Source: Bacteriovoracaceae bacterium
GTDB lineage: Bacteria; Bdellovibrionota; Bacteriovoracia; Bacteriovoracales; Bacteriovoracaceae
Reading direction: 5' to 3'
NCBI GenBank assembly: GCA_049599895.1
Contig: JBMYPC010000050.1
Coordinates: 1 to 20,150 of the forward strand
Length of the DNA stretch: 20,150 nt
Shown here piece by piece: positions 1-9,082 of the stretch. A model generated the notes under the pieces. It saw nothing but the letters and a program-made list of their open reading frames with translations, was not told where the DNA came from and made no database searches. Both the position numbers and the translations under genes were made by a program. Each line of letters opens with the position of its first letter. The stretch's first letter is position 1.

Positions 1-213
1 AGCCTTTTGACCTCTTAGGTAATCAAGAGCTGATTGAAAGTCACCTTTAGCGATAAATCCAAGGACTTGGTCTCTGAATTCCTTCGCAGGTGTTTTGTAA
101 ATAAAGTAAAGGGCAATAACTCTCTCAATGATAAAAGCGACAGTGAAAATTAAGAAAGTTAAGATACCGTACATGAAAATACCGCCGGCATGAAATTGGT
201 CGATAAGCGACAT
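1..213 (-). CDS. MotA/TolQ/ExbB proton-channel family protein, 5' part (runs off the left edge)
   Basis: Translated by hand, not in the ORF track. ATG at 213 follows a GAGGAG SD. Open frame MSLIDQFHAGGIFMYGILTFLIFTVAFIIERVIALYFIYK... shows the family's N-terminal pattern: 'GG.xM', a TM helix, then 'IIER'. Confidence 0.8.
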   Translation of the reverse strand, partial: MSLIDQFHAGGIFMYGILTFLIFTVAFIIERVIALYFIYKTPAKEFRDQVLGFIAKGDFQSALDYLRGQKA

Positions 214-542
214 AAGATTTCTCCTCTTTTAAGTCCCGGAACTGATCCGAGCGCAACTCAGCAATTTGCGAAATACTGTGACACGGCACTCAGAAATGCA
301 ATAGTTATTAACAACAAGTGCACATTCTTCTTTTAGCTGTGGCATAATTCCAGACACACAAAATTAAAGCCAATATTATTTACACGGTTATTGCCAATGA
401 TCAAGGCGTTAACCTAGCGCCAATTTGTCACTCATAAAGATGACAGATGTCAGTTTTTGCCTCAGAGTTTTTACTCTACAAAGTGCTAAAAGTGTGTTTA
501 TTTATTTAACTTCTTAATATTAAAGGTTTTTAAGGTCGAGAA

Positions 543-992
543 ATGAGCAAAACATCTGCTGAAAATGTGCAAAGCATTGTAAAAAAGTTTGAAGAATTCG
601 GTTCCTGGGAGCTGAAATATAAACATATTATTGAGTGTGGTAAGAAATTATCTGATTTTCCTGATCAATTTAAAGAGGAGAAATTTAAGGTTAAGGGATG
701 TCAATCCCAAGTTTGGCTCTATCCTGAGATTGCAGTGAGTCATGATGATGCGAATAGGAAAGTCATTCACTTTCATGCTGACAGTGACGCGAGTATTGTC
801 AAAGGCATCATTGCTGTTCTTTTGTCAGTCTACAATGACCTCACCCCTAATGAAGTCTTAGAGGTCGATGAAAGTTTTATTGATACTATTGGTCTTAGAC
901 AGCATCTTTCGATGAGTCGTGCCAATGGACTCAACTCCATGATCAAACAAATAAAAATGTATGCTTTAGTTTATAAAACACAGTTTTCATAA
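543..992 (+). CDS. sufE: SufE family Fe-S cluster sulfur-acceptor protein
   Basis: Motifs W.xKYxxIIExGKxL, VKGCQSQVW (conserved Cys), ADSDASIVKG and LSMSRANGL. Confidence 0.93.
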   Translation: MSKTSAENVQSIVKKFEEFGSWELKYKHIIECGKKLSDFPDQFKEEKFKVKGCQSQVWLYPEIAVSHDDANRKVIHFHADSDASIVKGIIAVLLSVYNDLTPNEVLEVDESFIDTIGLRQHLSMSRANGLNSMIKQIKMYALVYKTQFS

Positions 993-1009
993 CTAAAGGG
1001 GATAAGAAA

Positions 1010-2014
1010 ATGTCAAAGAATAGTGAAGAAATAAACTTTTCGTTAAATCAAAGACCTCGGAGAAATCGAAAAAGTGCTTCTGTGAGAAGTTTTGTTCAAG
1101 AAAATCAATTAACGAAAAATGATCTGATCATGCCACTTTTTGTTCAAGATCAATCAAGTGACAATATTGAAGTGGTCTCAATGCCTGGGCAGTTTCGCTA
1201 TTCACCCGATGGGCTTCTCAAAGAGGTTGAATCTTTATTAGAAGCCGGTATTCACGGCATCTGTTTATTTCCAGCCTGCAAAGATGAAACAAAAGATAAA
1301 CTTGCCACTCAAGGTCATAACCCTGATCACTTTTATCAAAGAAGTTTAAAGGACATTAAAGCCAGATTCCCTGAGATGACTGTTATGACAGATGTTGCAA
1401 TGGATCCTTATAGTTGCGATGGTCATGATGGATATGTCGATGAAAAAACCGGGGAGATTCTCAATGATCCGACTCTTGAAATTCTTGGAAAAATGGCATT
1501 AGAGCAGGCGAGAAGTGGAGCTGATATTATTGGGCCATCGGATATGATGGATGGAAGAGTTGGATTTATTAGAGACGTTCTTGATCAAAACGGTTTTGAG
1601 AACGTATCAATAATGTCTTATTGTGCGAAATATGCTTCGAGTTTTTATGGCCCCTTTAGAGACGCATTAGATAGTGCACCAAAGGTAGGTGATAAAAAAA
1701 CCTATCAATTGAATCCTGCTAATACACGTGAGGCCTTAAGAGAGGCTGAGCTTGATGAGATGGAAGGGGCCGACATTATTATGGTTAAGCCCGGTATTGC
1801 TTATCTTGATATAGTACTGAAACTAAAAGAACATACGACCTTACCGATTTCTGCCTATCAAGTAAGCGGTGAGTACTCCATGATTAAAGCTGCTGGTGAG
1901 AAAGGTTGGTTATCTGAAGATCAAGTGGCCCTTGAGTCTTTGCTGGCCTTTAAAAGAGCAGGGGCTGATATTATTCTGTCCTATTTTTCTAAACAGGTTG
2001 CTCGCTACCTTTAA
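1010..2014 (+). CDS. hemB: Porphobilinogen synthase (ALA dehydratase), Zn-independent Asp-rich type
   Basis: Motifs RPRRNR, PSDMMDGRV, SYCAKYASSFYGPFRDA, MVKP and AYQVSGEY. The metal site reads DVAMDPYSCDGHDG rather than the DxCxC...CG zinc motif. Confidence 0.97.
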   Translation: MSKNSEEINFSLNQRPRRNRKSASVRSFVQENQLTKNDLIMPLFVQDQSSDNIEVVSMPGQFRYSPDGLLKEVESLLEAGIHGICLFPACKDETKDKLATQGHNPDHFYQRSLKDIKARFPEMTVMTDVAMDPYSCDGHDGYVDEKTGEILNDPTLEILGKMALEQARSGADIIGPSDMMDGRVGFIRDVLDQNGFENVSIMSYCAKYASSFYGPFRDALDSAPKVGDKKTYQLNPANTREALREAELDEMEGADIIMVKPGIAYLDIVLKLKEHTTLPISAYQVSGEYSMIKAAGEKGWLSEDQVALESLLAFKRAGADIILSYFSKQVARYL

Positions 2015-2316
2015 AGCTGTTTTTGAAGTTTATTTAAAAGAGATTGTTTTAAGGTCTCAGGCTTTCTAGGATCATTTCCAAGAATCCATGTTTGCTCAGG
2101 ATAGATAACACAAGAGACGCCATTGTCACATTGGCCGAGACAGCCCGATGCGTTAACTCTTACCTTATCTTTTGGGTGGATTTCGAGAATTTCTTTTTTC
2201 AGAGTTTTTCGAAGTTCTTGGGCCTGTTCGGGAGTTGTTTGCTCACCGTCTTCGCCTTTATAGCTGCATCTTGTGCAAATAAAAATATGGTTTTGAAAGT
2301 TTGGCTTCTGTGTCAT
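2011..2316 (-). CDS. Thioredoxin-like (2Fe-2S) ferredoxin-domain protein
   Basis: HIFICTRC...VRVNASGCLGQCDNG.SCVIYPE.W supplies four Cys. An AAAGGGG SD precedes the ATG. Confidence 0.8.
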   Translation of the reverse strand: MTQKPNFQNHIFICTRCSYKGEDGEQTTPEQAQELRKTLKKEILEIHPKDKVRVNASGCLGQCDNGVSCVIYPEQTWILGNDPRKPETLKQSLLNKLQKQL

Positions 2317-2345
2317 GGGATTTCCCCTTTCTGCTAAACTAAATA

Positions 2346-2362
2346 TCTCTTATCATAAGAGA
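2346..2362. promoter_or_regulatory. Perfect palindrome TCTCTTAT-C-ATAAGAGA in a divergent promoter region
   Basis: An 8-bp inverted repeat is seen directly. It contains a minus-strand TATGAT -10-like hexamer (2352-2357). Confidence 0.4.
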
Positions 2363-2419
2363 AAAGCTTAAATGTCTTTACCATAGATTCGGTAAAAACA
2401 TTTGTATTTTGGAGTGATC

Positions 2420-3832
2420 ATGTCCTTTTGCCAAATTCTCGACGCTAGACAAAAGTCTCTTGAGGTTAATTTAGATTCAACAATTTATGGAACCTTTGCT
2501 GAAATCGGTGCCGGGCAAGAAGTTTCGAGGCATTTTTTCAAAGCAGGGGGTGCTGCTGGGACCATGGCAAAAACCATATCAGCTTATGATATGACTATGA
2601 GCGATATCATTTATGGCAAAAGTAAAAGTGGTCGTTACGTCTCTAGAGATCGACTTGAGCGTATGATGGAAAGAGAATATCGCCAATGTGTTGAAAGGCT
2701 TAGCGATATTCGTTCGGATAACACGAAGTTTTTCGCCTTTGCCAATACAGTTGCGGCCAAAAGCTATTCCGGAAAAGGCGAGTGTCACGGTTGGCTTGGA
2801 ATTACTTTTCAGCACGCTCCCAAGGCCAAGCCTTCAAGGGCGGTTGTGCATATTCGAATGCTTGATCGTGAGGCCTATCAACAACAACTCACTGTAGGAG
2901 AGTTAGGGGTTAATCTCATTCATGCCTGTTTTTTTAGAAATGGGAGTATTAAGTATTTTGTTTCATCCTTAGTTGAGAACCTCTCTCCTGATCGTCTTGA
3001 GATTGATCTTATTCACGTTGAAGGTCCTGGCTTTAAAGACTTTGATAGCCGTGTGCTTTGTCTTGAGCTAGTTCAGAGAAACTTCTGTCGGGCCGCTCTT
3101 TTCGATACTGACGGGACAGTTCAGTTAACCAAAGATTATCTTTATAAAAAAAATGTTCTTATTCAGCGGGGTTCATGGAAGCCCCCAACACTTCTCAATA
3201 TTTCCATGATTGAAGATGTGTCTCGAGAATTTAGTCGAAAATTAACCCAACTTGGTTCAAGTCGAGATTTAGTCAGTCTCTGTGAAATTAGTATGAACCG
3301 TCTTCTTGAGCGAGGACAAGTTGATAATGACGATTTTCTTGCAAGAGTTGATCTTCTCGCAAAGCTTAATAAGGAAGTCCTTATTACCAATATTAAAACT
3401 CATGAGCAGCTTAACTTGTACATTAGGACTTGTACGAAAGAGAACATCGCCTTTGTTCTTGGGGCCCATAGTCTTGAAGAACTTTTCAAAAGTAATACCG
3501 ATGGTGATGTGAGTTTACTTGAATTCTTTGGTAATCTTTTTTGTAAAAATACAACTCTCTATTTCTTTCCCTCACCAGAAGATGATGATCCAACACAGCT
3601 TATTGAGCTTGAAAATTTAAGAGTCACGCCTGAGCAGATGTTTTTACTACTTTATCTGATTGAGAGTGGGAAAATTGTTGAAATGAATCACACGAATTCG
3701 GAATACCCGAAAATTTGGACCAAAAAGGTATTGGTTTCAATTCAACGAAATGATGGGGTTTGGGAAAGCATGGTCCCTAAGGTTGTTAGTAAAGAAGTTA
3801 AGCGCAAAAAACTCTTTGGCCATAAATCATAG
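2420..3832 (+). CDS. Conserved protein with a CinA/PncC-like N-terminal domain and a nucleotidyltransferase-like C-terminal domain
   Basis: Start moved to ATG 2420 (GGAG at 2411-2414). Family signature IYGTFAEIGAGQEVSRHFF.AGGAAGT.AKTISAYD...RYVS. The C-terminal half has LYKKNVLIQRGSWKPPT and ends WESMVPKVV...KLFG, like NadD/CoaD-type proteins. No signal peptide or beta-barrel. Confidence 0.7.
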   Translation: MSFCQILDARQKSLEVNLDSTIYGTFAEIGAGQEVSRHFFKAGGAAGTMAKTISAYDMTMSDIIYGKSKSGRYVSRDRLERMMEREYRQCVERLSDIRSDNTKFFAFANTVAAKSYSGKGECHGWLGITFQHAPKAKPSRAVVHIRMLDREAYQQQLTVGELGVNLIHACFFRNGSIKYFVSSLVENLSPDRLEIDLIHVEGPGFKDFDSRVLCLELVQRNFCRAALFDTDGTVQLTKDYLYKKNVLIQRGSWKPPTLLNISMIEDVSREFSRKLTQLGSSRDLVSLCEISMNRLLERGQVDNDDFLARVDLLAKLNKEVLITNIKTHEQLNLYIRTCTKENIAFVLGAHSLEELFKSNTDGDVSLLEFFGNLFCKNTTLYFFPSPEDDDPTQLIELENLRVTPEQMFLLLYLIESGKIVEMNHTNSEYPKIWTKKVLVSIQRNDGVWESMVPKVVSKEVKRKKLFGHKS

Positions 3833-5578
3833 CCCGCTATTTTGAATATCTCTTAAAGAGCTTCTTGGCCTTTTAGGAGTTAAGGTTTTTTCACTGAGTT
3901 GGCTTGCTGTTTGATCAGCCTTTTCAAGTTCTCCTGAAAGATTCATCTCCTTGTCATTCTTTTCATCATGACTTTCTTGAAAAAGATGAACCGTTGTTGT
4001 GGGAAAAGCAAAGGAGATACCCATTTTTTCTCCGAGGCGCAGGATATCCATTAGAAAGCGATGCTTTTCATTAAGCTCTGTTGACCAGTCAGGAACGCGC
4101 CAAAAGACGTAGACAAGAATCTCTAAAGCACTATCGCCAAAAGAATTGAAATAGACCTGGAAGGAATCTTTTCTTGTTTCTGGGTGATTTACAATAAGTT
4201 GTCTAATGCCTTCGCAAAAGGCCTCAAGTTTTTCAGGTGGTGTATCGTATTGCACGCCAATTTTTGTGGAAAGCCTTCTATAGGTTCTCAGTCCATAATT
4301 ATCAATATGAGCATTGGTGAGTTTTCCATTAGGAAGAGTGATAATAGAATCATAGAAGGTTCGAATTCTTGTGGACCTAAGACCAACCTCTGAAACAACA
4401 CCTTCAATCTCACCGTCAATGACAACCCAGTCTCCAATACGAAAGGGGCGATCAAGAAGAACTGTGAGAGATCCAAAAAGATTTGAAATGGTATCTTTGG
4501 CAGCAAGAGCAAAGGCGATACCTCCAATTCCCATACCTGCAAGAATACTTTTCATGTCAAGAGTGAGGCTATTTCCAATAAAAATAATCCCAATCAGGAC
4601 AATAAATGTTTTGAGAGTTTTAGTGATAAGAGGAACTAAAATATCATCAAATTTATTCTCACTCTCGAGGGCCTTTTTCTCGAGGTAGATCTTAAGGATG
4701 TCCACAAAGGTGTAGGCGCAAACAACAGAGCCCAAAGTAAAGAATACAATTCCAACTCTTAAAAGAAAGGAAAGGGTTTCATCTTGGAATTCAAGGAGTC
4801 TCACTCCCATCCACCAGACACCAGAGAAGGTCATAATCCCTATGGGAAGGGAGAATTTCTTCATGGAGTCAGCTTCATAGATCACTTTTGATCTTAAAAG
4901 GAATTTTTTAATTAAAGAAAGAACGTAAACTCTCATCAGTTTTTCAGCCAGTAATGCTAAAAAGATCAAAGCGAGTAGGGCAAGCCATTGTCCGTTAAGG
5001 AGAATGAAACTTGTTTCTGACGTCCACTTAGGCATACGGTCTTTAAGTCGATCTTTCCATGTTCTAAGTTCTGTCACTCCCTTTACAATGGATTTTTTCG
5101 AAACAAAATCATAGAATGTTGGAATAGTACTTAAAGTAATAGGTGTGAAGCGCCATTTTCCGTCTTCCATTTCATGGATGGATATTTCAACATTATGAAG
5201 TTTACCTTCATGATTAATGAGCTCTTTTTTATAAATCCATTTTTTCGACTCAAGAGTTTCAGGAATGTTCTTGACGTCGATGTACTCAAGTCGATCCATC
5301 GTTTGGATCATTTGGGTAGCAAGGAGTTTTGAGCTTTCTGTTTTTGAGGTTTGATTGAGTTTGCTTTGATCAAAAGTGAGAATCGCAAAGTTAATAGCTT
5401 CTTTGTCTCCGAGTTTATAGGCCTTCATCGCTTTTAAGAAATAATTCATTGTGACTCTTGGATTTTTTAATGAGTCATCAATTGAGCTTAAGGGAGTTTG
5501 GGCATTTAATTGAGGGATTAAAAGAACTGCCGAAAAACAGGCCGTAAATATCAGTTTTTTCAAAGATTTTCTTGTCAT
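3827..5578 (-). CDS. MscS family mechanosensitive channel with a large exported N-terminal domain
   Basis: Likely start ATG 5578 (MTRKSLKKLIFTACFSAVLLIPQLNA|Q signal peptide). MscS core: GIGGIAFALAAKDTISNLFGS..VLLDRPFRIGDWV...EVGLRSTRIRT...PNG; the C-terminal region has GISFAFPT. Confidence 0.93.
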   Translation of the reverse strand: MTRKSLKKLIFTACFSAVLLIPQLNAQTPLSSIDDSLKNPRVTMNYFLKAMKAYKLGDKEAINFAILTFDQSKLNQTSKTESSKLLATQMIQTMDRLEYIDVKNIPETLESKKWIYKKELINHEGKLHNVEISIHEMEDGKWRFTPITLSTIPTFYDFVSKKSIVKGVTELRTWKDRLKDRMPKWTSETSFILLNGQWLALLALIFLALLAEKLMRVYVLSLIKKFLLRSKVIYEADSMKKFSLPIGIMTFSGVWWMGVRLLEFQDETLSFLLRVGIVFFTLGSVVCAYTFVDILKIYLEKKALESENKFDDILVPLITKTLKTFIVLIGIIFIGNSLTLDMKSILAGMGIGGIAFALAAKDTISNLFGSLTVLLDRPFRIGDWVVIDGEIEGVVSEVGLRSTRIRTFYDSIITLPNGKLTNAHIDNYGLRTYRRLSTKIGVQYDTPPEKLEAFCEGIRQLIVNHPETRKDSFQVYFNSFGDSALEILVYVFWRVPDWSTELNEKHRFLMDILRLGEKMGISFAFPTTTVHLFQESHDEKNDKEMNLSGELEKADQTASQLSEKTLTPKRPRSSLRDIQNSGL

Positions 5579-5626
5579 AATTTTGCGCCGACTTTTTTTA
5601 GGTTTTCTTAAAAATACTGCTTCAGC

Positions 5627-5654
5627 CTTGACAACGTCAAATTCAATCACATCT
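5627..5654 (+). promoter_or_regulatory. Candidate heat-shock (sigma32-like) or sigma70 promoter of clpB
   Basis: CTTGAC-N15-CACATCT, with a perfect TTGACA at 5628-5633, upstream of the AGGAGG SD of clpB. Confidence 0.4.
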
Positions 5655-5690
5655 TAAAAGTAGAGATTTGCTAGGCTATAGGAGGAATCT

Positions 5691-8063
5691 ATGCACAATT
5701 TTAACTCTATTGTATTAGGAAGTATTGATATTGCTCAAACAGAGGCTTTGAAACGCAAAAATACGCAGTTGGACGCTTATCACTTACTTTTTGGTCTCCT
5801 TAAAAACGGAAGCTCTTTTCTTTCTCGAACATATAAAGACCAACTTAATTCTATTGAAGATAAGCTCAAGGGCTTGGCCACATCAAGCAATGAGATAAGC
5901 CTTGAACAAATTAGGCCCTCAACATCATTTCAGACTTGGGTCACTATGGCATCAAGTTTTGCCACTCAAAATGGTGAAACAGAAATTCTTGAAAGTCACT
6001 TGATTCGTTTTATTCCTGAAATTTTTAAAGATCTTGATTGGGATTTTTCTAAACTCAACTTATCAGATGATCCTGAAAATGAGGTCCCTGATTTTTTAAC
6101 AAACCTTAATGAACTCGCAAAACTTGGAAAACTTGATCCTGTTATAGGAAGAACCCAAGAGATCAGGGCCTTAATGGAGATTCTTGGCAGGAGGAGTAAA
6201 AACAATCCGGTCTTAGTTGGCCCCGCAGGAGTTGGAAAGACAGCAATTGTTGAAGGCCTTGCTGATCTGATCATTAAGAATAAAGTTCCGGATATTCTTC
6301 ATAATAAAACTCTCTATTCTCTTGATTTAGGTTCATTAATGGCGGGGACAAAATTTAGGGGAGAGTTTGAGGAACGCTTAAAGAAGCTTATTCAGTTTAT
6401 TAAATCACAAAATGGCCAGGCGATACTGTTTATTGATGAAATTCATCAGCTGGTTGGAGCTGGGCGCACAGATGGTGCAATGGATGCTGCCAATCTTTTA
6501 AAGCCTGCACTGGCCAGAGGGGAGCTGAATTGTATCGGTGCCACAACTGAAGTTGAATATCAAAAATACATTCTTGGCGACTCTGCTCTTGATCGAAGAT
6601 TTCGATCTGTTCCGGTTGATGAGCCAACGAAGGAAGATTGTATTGAAATTATGGTCGGACTTAAAGAAAAACTTGAGGCCCATCATGGAATTAAAATCTC
6701 TGACGACGCCTTGATTAACTCTGTTTTACTTTCAATACAGTATATTACTGACAAGAATTTGCCTGATAAGGCGATAGACCTCGTTGATGAAGCTTCTGCT
6801 GCATTGAAACTTTCCGCTGAGGCGATGCCTGATAGTCTTGCCAAACTTGAAGATGATCTAAGAATTAATAAAATTAAACTTCAAGTTGAGCCAGATAATC
6901 AGGAAATCTCAAAGCTCATTTCTGAACAAGAAGAATTGTTTAAAATTGAAAAGCAGAAATGGGAAGAAGAAGTCCTTTCAATGCGACAAGTTTCAGATTA
7001 CAAAAACAGACTTGAGAAACTTAAGTTTGATCTCGATGAAGCTCAACGTGAAGGGAATTTTGAGCTTGCAAGCCAAATTAAGTATGCTCTTATTCCTGAG
7101 GTTGAAACTGAACTTTCAAAAACTCAGCACGAAAATATTTTAAATAAGTCTCATGTTGCTCAAGTGATATCGAGACAAAAGGGAATTCCTTTAGAAAAGA
7201 TTTTAAGTTCAGAGCAAGAAAATCTTTTAAAGTTAGAAGACTTTCTCAAATTAAAAGTTCTTGGTCAAAGCGAAGCTTTAGAAGAGGTTGCAGATACTTT
7301 AATTACATCTCATGCAGGGCTTTCTGATCAAACGAGACCTATGGGGAGTTTTCTTTTAAAAGGCCCTTCAGGTGTGGGAAAAACTGAAACGGCGAAACAA
7401 GTCTGTGAGTTTCTATTTGATAACCAAACTCAGTTTATAAGAATTGATCTTTCAGAATTTTCAGAGAAGCATTCTGTAGCAAAATTAATTGGAGCTCCTG
7501 CTGGATATGTTGGTTATGATGAAGGGGGGATTCTTACTGAAGCTGTGAGGCTTAGACCCTATAGCGTCATTCTTTTCGATGAGGTTGAGAAGGCCCATCG
7601 TGATTTTTCGGATATTTTATTACAAATTCTTGATGATGGCAGGTTGACCGATAACAAGGGGAGAGTGATTGATTTTAAAAATACAATTATTTTCATTACA
7701 ACTAATGCTCAAGATGTCGAACAAGCATTTAAACCTGAAGTGATTGGAAGGCTTGATGCTGTGTTAGATTATAATTCACTCGATGCGAGTGTTGTGAGCG
7801 GCTTAGTTTTAAAACAAGTTGAACTTCTTAATGAAAGACTCAAATCTAAAAAAGTTCAGGTCTCATTATCAAACAAGATGAGATCATATCTTGAAAATCA
7901 CGGTTTTAGTGAGTCTTATGGGGCAAGACCTCTGAGAAGTTTATTTGAGAAAATGATTAACAGGCCCCTTTCAAAGTTTATGATTAGTGGAAAGCTTGAT
8001 GAGGGCAGTATAGAGATTGATCTCAATGAGGAAACTAAGAAGGCCAAAATTAACAAATCTTAA
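5691..8063 (+). CDS. clpB: ClpB/Hsp100 disaggregase (compact form)
   Basis: NBD1: [23 protein letters not shown], pore loop KFRGEF. Coiled-coil M-domain with [13 protein letters not shown]2: [32 protein letters not shown]. No IGF/IGL loop. Confidence 0.85.
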   Translation: MHNFNSIVLGSIDIAQTEALKRKNTQLDAYHLLFGLLKNGSSFLSRTYKDQLNSIEDKLKGLATSSNEISLEQIRPSTSFQTWVTMASSFATQNGETEILESHLIRFIPEIFKDLDWDFSKLNLSDDPENEVPDFLTNLNELAKLGKLDPVIGRTQEIRALMEILGRRSKNNPVLVGPAGVGKTAIVEGLADLIIKNKVPDILHNKTLYSLDLGSLMAGTKFRGEFEERLKKLIQFIKSQNGQAILFIDEIHQLVGAGRTDGAMDAANLLKPALARGELNCIGATTEVEYQKYILGDSALDRRFRSVPVDEPTKEDCIEIMVGLKEKLEAHHGIKISDDALINSVLLSIQYITDKNLPDKAIDLVDEASAALKLSAEAMPDSLAKLEDDLRINKIKLQVEPDNQEISKLISEQEELFKIEKQKWEEEVLSMRQVSDYKNRLEKLKFDLDEAQREGNFELASQIKYALIPEVETELSKTQHENILNKSHVAQVISRQKGIPLEKILSSEQENLLKLEDFLKLKVLGQSEALEEVADTLITSHAGLSDQTRPMGSFLLKGPSGVGKTETAKQVCEFLFDNQTQFIRIDLSEFSEKHSVAKLIGAPAGYVGYDEGGILTEAVRLRPYSVILFDEVEKAHRDFSDILLQILDDGRLTDNKGRVIDFKNTIIFITTNAQDVEQAFKPEVIGRLDAVLDYNSLDASVVSGLVLKQVELLNERLKSKKVQVSLSNKMRSYLENHGFSESYGARPLRSLFEKMINRPLSKFMISGKLDEGSIEIDLNEETKKAKINKS

Positions 8064-8157
8064 GCTTAGCGTGTGGGAAATACTTGAGCAATATGACAAT
8101 TTTGGCGATTAATGATTTTCTCATTGAAAAAGTTATTGTTTGGATTATGCTTATCAT

Positions 8158-8505
8158 ATGAGTGATTTAATTAAACTAGCAGCTGATAAGTATTTAATTC
8201 GTGAAGGCGAAGAAAGTTCAGAGATGTACTATCTTCAATCAGGGACCATGGCCGTTTATAAGCATAAAGGTGGTACGGAAGTTCAAATTGGAACCATATA
8301 TTCAGGAGAGATCTTGGGCGAGATGTCCTTTCTTGATCGTGCTCCACGTTGTGCTTCGGTAAAGACAATTTCTGACTGTGAACTAGTTGTTATTCAAACA
8401 GAGAAGTTTGAGCAAACTCTGAAGGGTCTTCCTAAGTGGTACCATGCACTTATCAAAACACTTCTGGATCGCCTCAGAAGAGCAAATGCACGAATTAAAA
8501 TCTAG
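8158..8505 (+). CDS. Stand-alone cyclic nucleotide-binding domain protein
   Basis: LIREGE...MYYLQSG and an intact phosphate-binding cassette GEMSFLDRAPRCASV, ending in the C-helix LLDRLRRAN with no HTH. ATG 8158 preferred over TTG 8140. Confidence 0.88.
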   Translation: MSDLIKLAADKYLIREGEESSEMYYLQSGTMAVYKHKGGTEVQIGTIYSGEILGEMSFLDRAPRCASVKTISDCELVVIQTEKFEQTLKGLPKWYHALIKTLLDRLRRANARIKI

Positions 8506-9065
8506 CCATTAAAAAGATCAATATTAAAGCATTTTTTTATTTCTAATTTTTCTTCTTCAGAAAAGGGATTTCCCTTGAGTCCAATACTTAAAAGGTTCTT
8601 TAATTGAAAAGTTTCTTTTGGTAGCGATGCGAGATTATTGTTTTCAAGATTCAATCTTTTAAGACCTAATTCAAAAGTATTGATTTCAAATTCAGAGATT
8701 TGATTATTGGAAAGGTCTAATTCTTCAAGAATTTGAATATCAAGACTTTGAAAGGAAAAGCGGGAAAGCTTATTTCTTTGCAAGTAAAGCTTTTTACAGT
8801 TGAGTTTGTTAAGTTTAGGGATCTTACTAATAGAGCTCCCTGTAATCTTTAGAAGCTCAAGTTCTTCAATATTCTCGAGTTGAGGAAACTCTGAAAGTGG
8901 AGATTGAACTTTAATACGCTTAAGAGGTGAGCTCCAATTGTGAATGTTGATCGTTTGAGTCTTTTTTGAAAGAATTTCTATCTCTTCAATCAATTCGGGG
9001 TTTTCAAAGTCTTTGAGAGTAAGCTGAAGGTCTTTTTCTTTGGGCTTTAAAAGAAGTTTTTTCAT
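8502..9065 (-). CDS. Leucine-rich repeat protein, probably cytoplasmic
   Basis: LxxLxLxxNxL repeats (CKKLYLQRNKL, LEELDLSNNQI, LKRLNLENNNL, LLSIGLKGNPF) and a capping helix SEEEKLEIK. No signal peptide. Confidence 0.88.
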   Translation of the reverse strand: MKKLLLKPKEKDLQLTLKDFENPELIEEIEILSKKTQTINIHNWSSPLKRIKVQSPLSEFPQLENIEELELLKITGSSISKIPKLNKLNCKKLYLQRNKLSRFSFQSLDIQILEELDLSNNQISEFEINTFELGLKRLNLENNNLASLPKETFQLKNLLSIGLKGNPFSEEEKLEIKKCFNIDLFNG

Positions 9066-9082
9066 ATTAATAAAAGCTGAGC

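Noticed and set aside
284..300. Sigma54-like GGCAC...TGCA on the plus strand
   Set aside because: GG-to-GC spacing is 11 nt rather than the required 10, and it lies far from sufE.
425..434. TTGTCACTCA, also found at 13359-13368; both copies are intergenic
   Set aside because: A single shared non-palindromic 10-mer across about 1 kb of AT-rich intergenic DNA is compatible with chance.
2420..3832. Calling this gene a TonB-dependent receptor or nadD
   Set aside because: No signal peptide or barrel pattern, and the HxGH histidines are absent, so neither name is supported.
5691..8063. Calling this gene clpA, clpC or clpV because of its short length
   Set aside because: It has a long M-domain, no IGF loop and no T6SS genes nearby, which fits ClpB.
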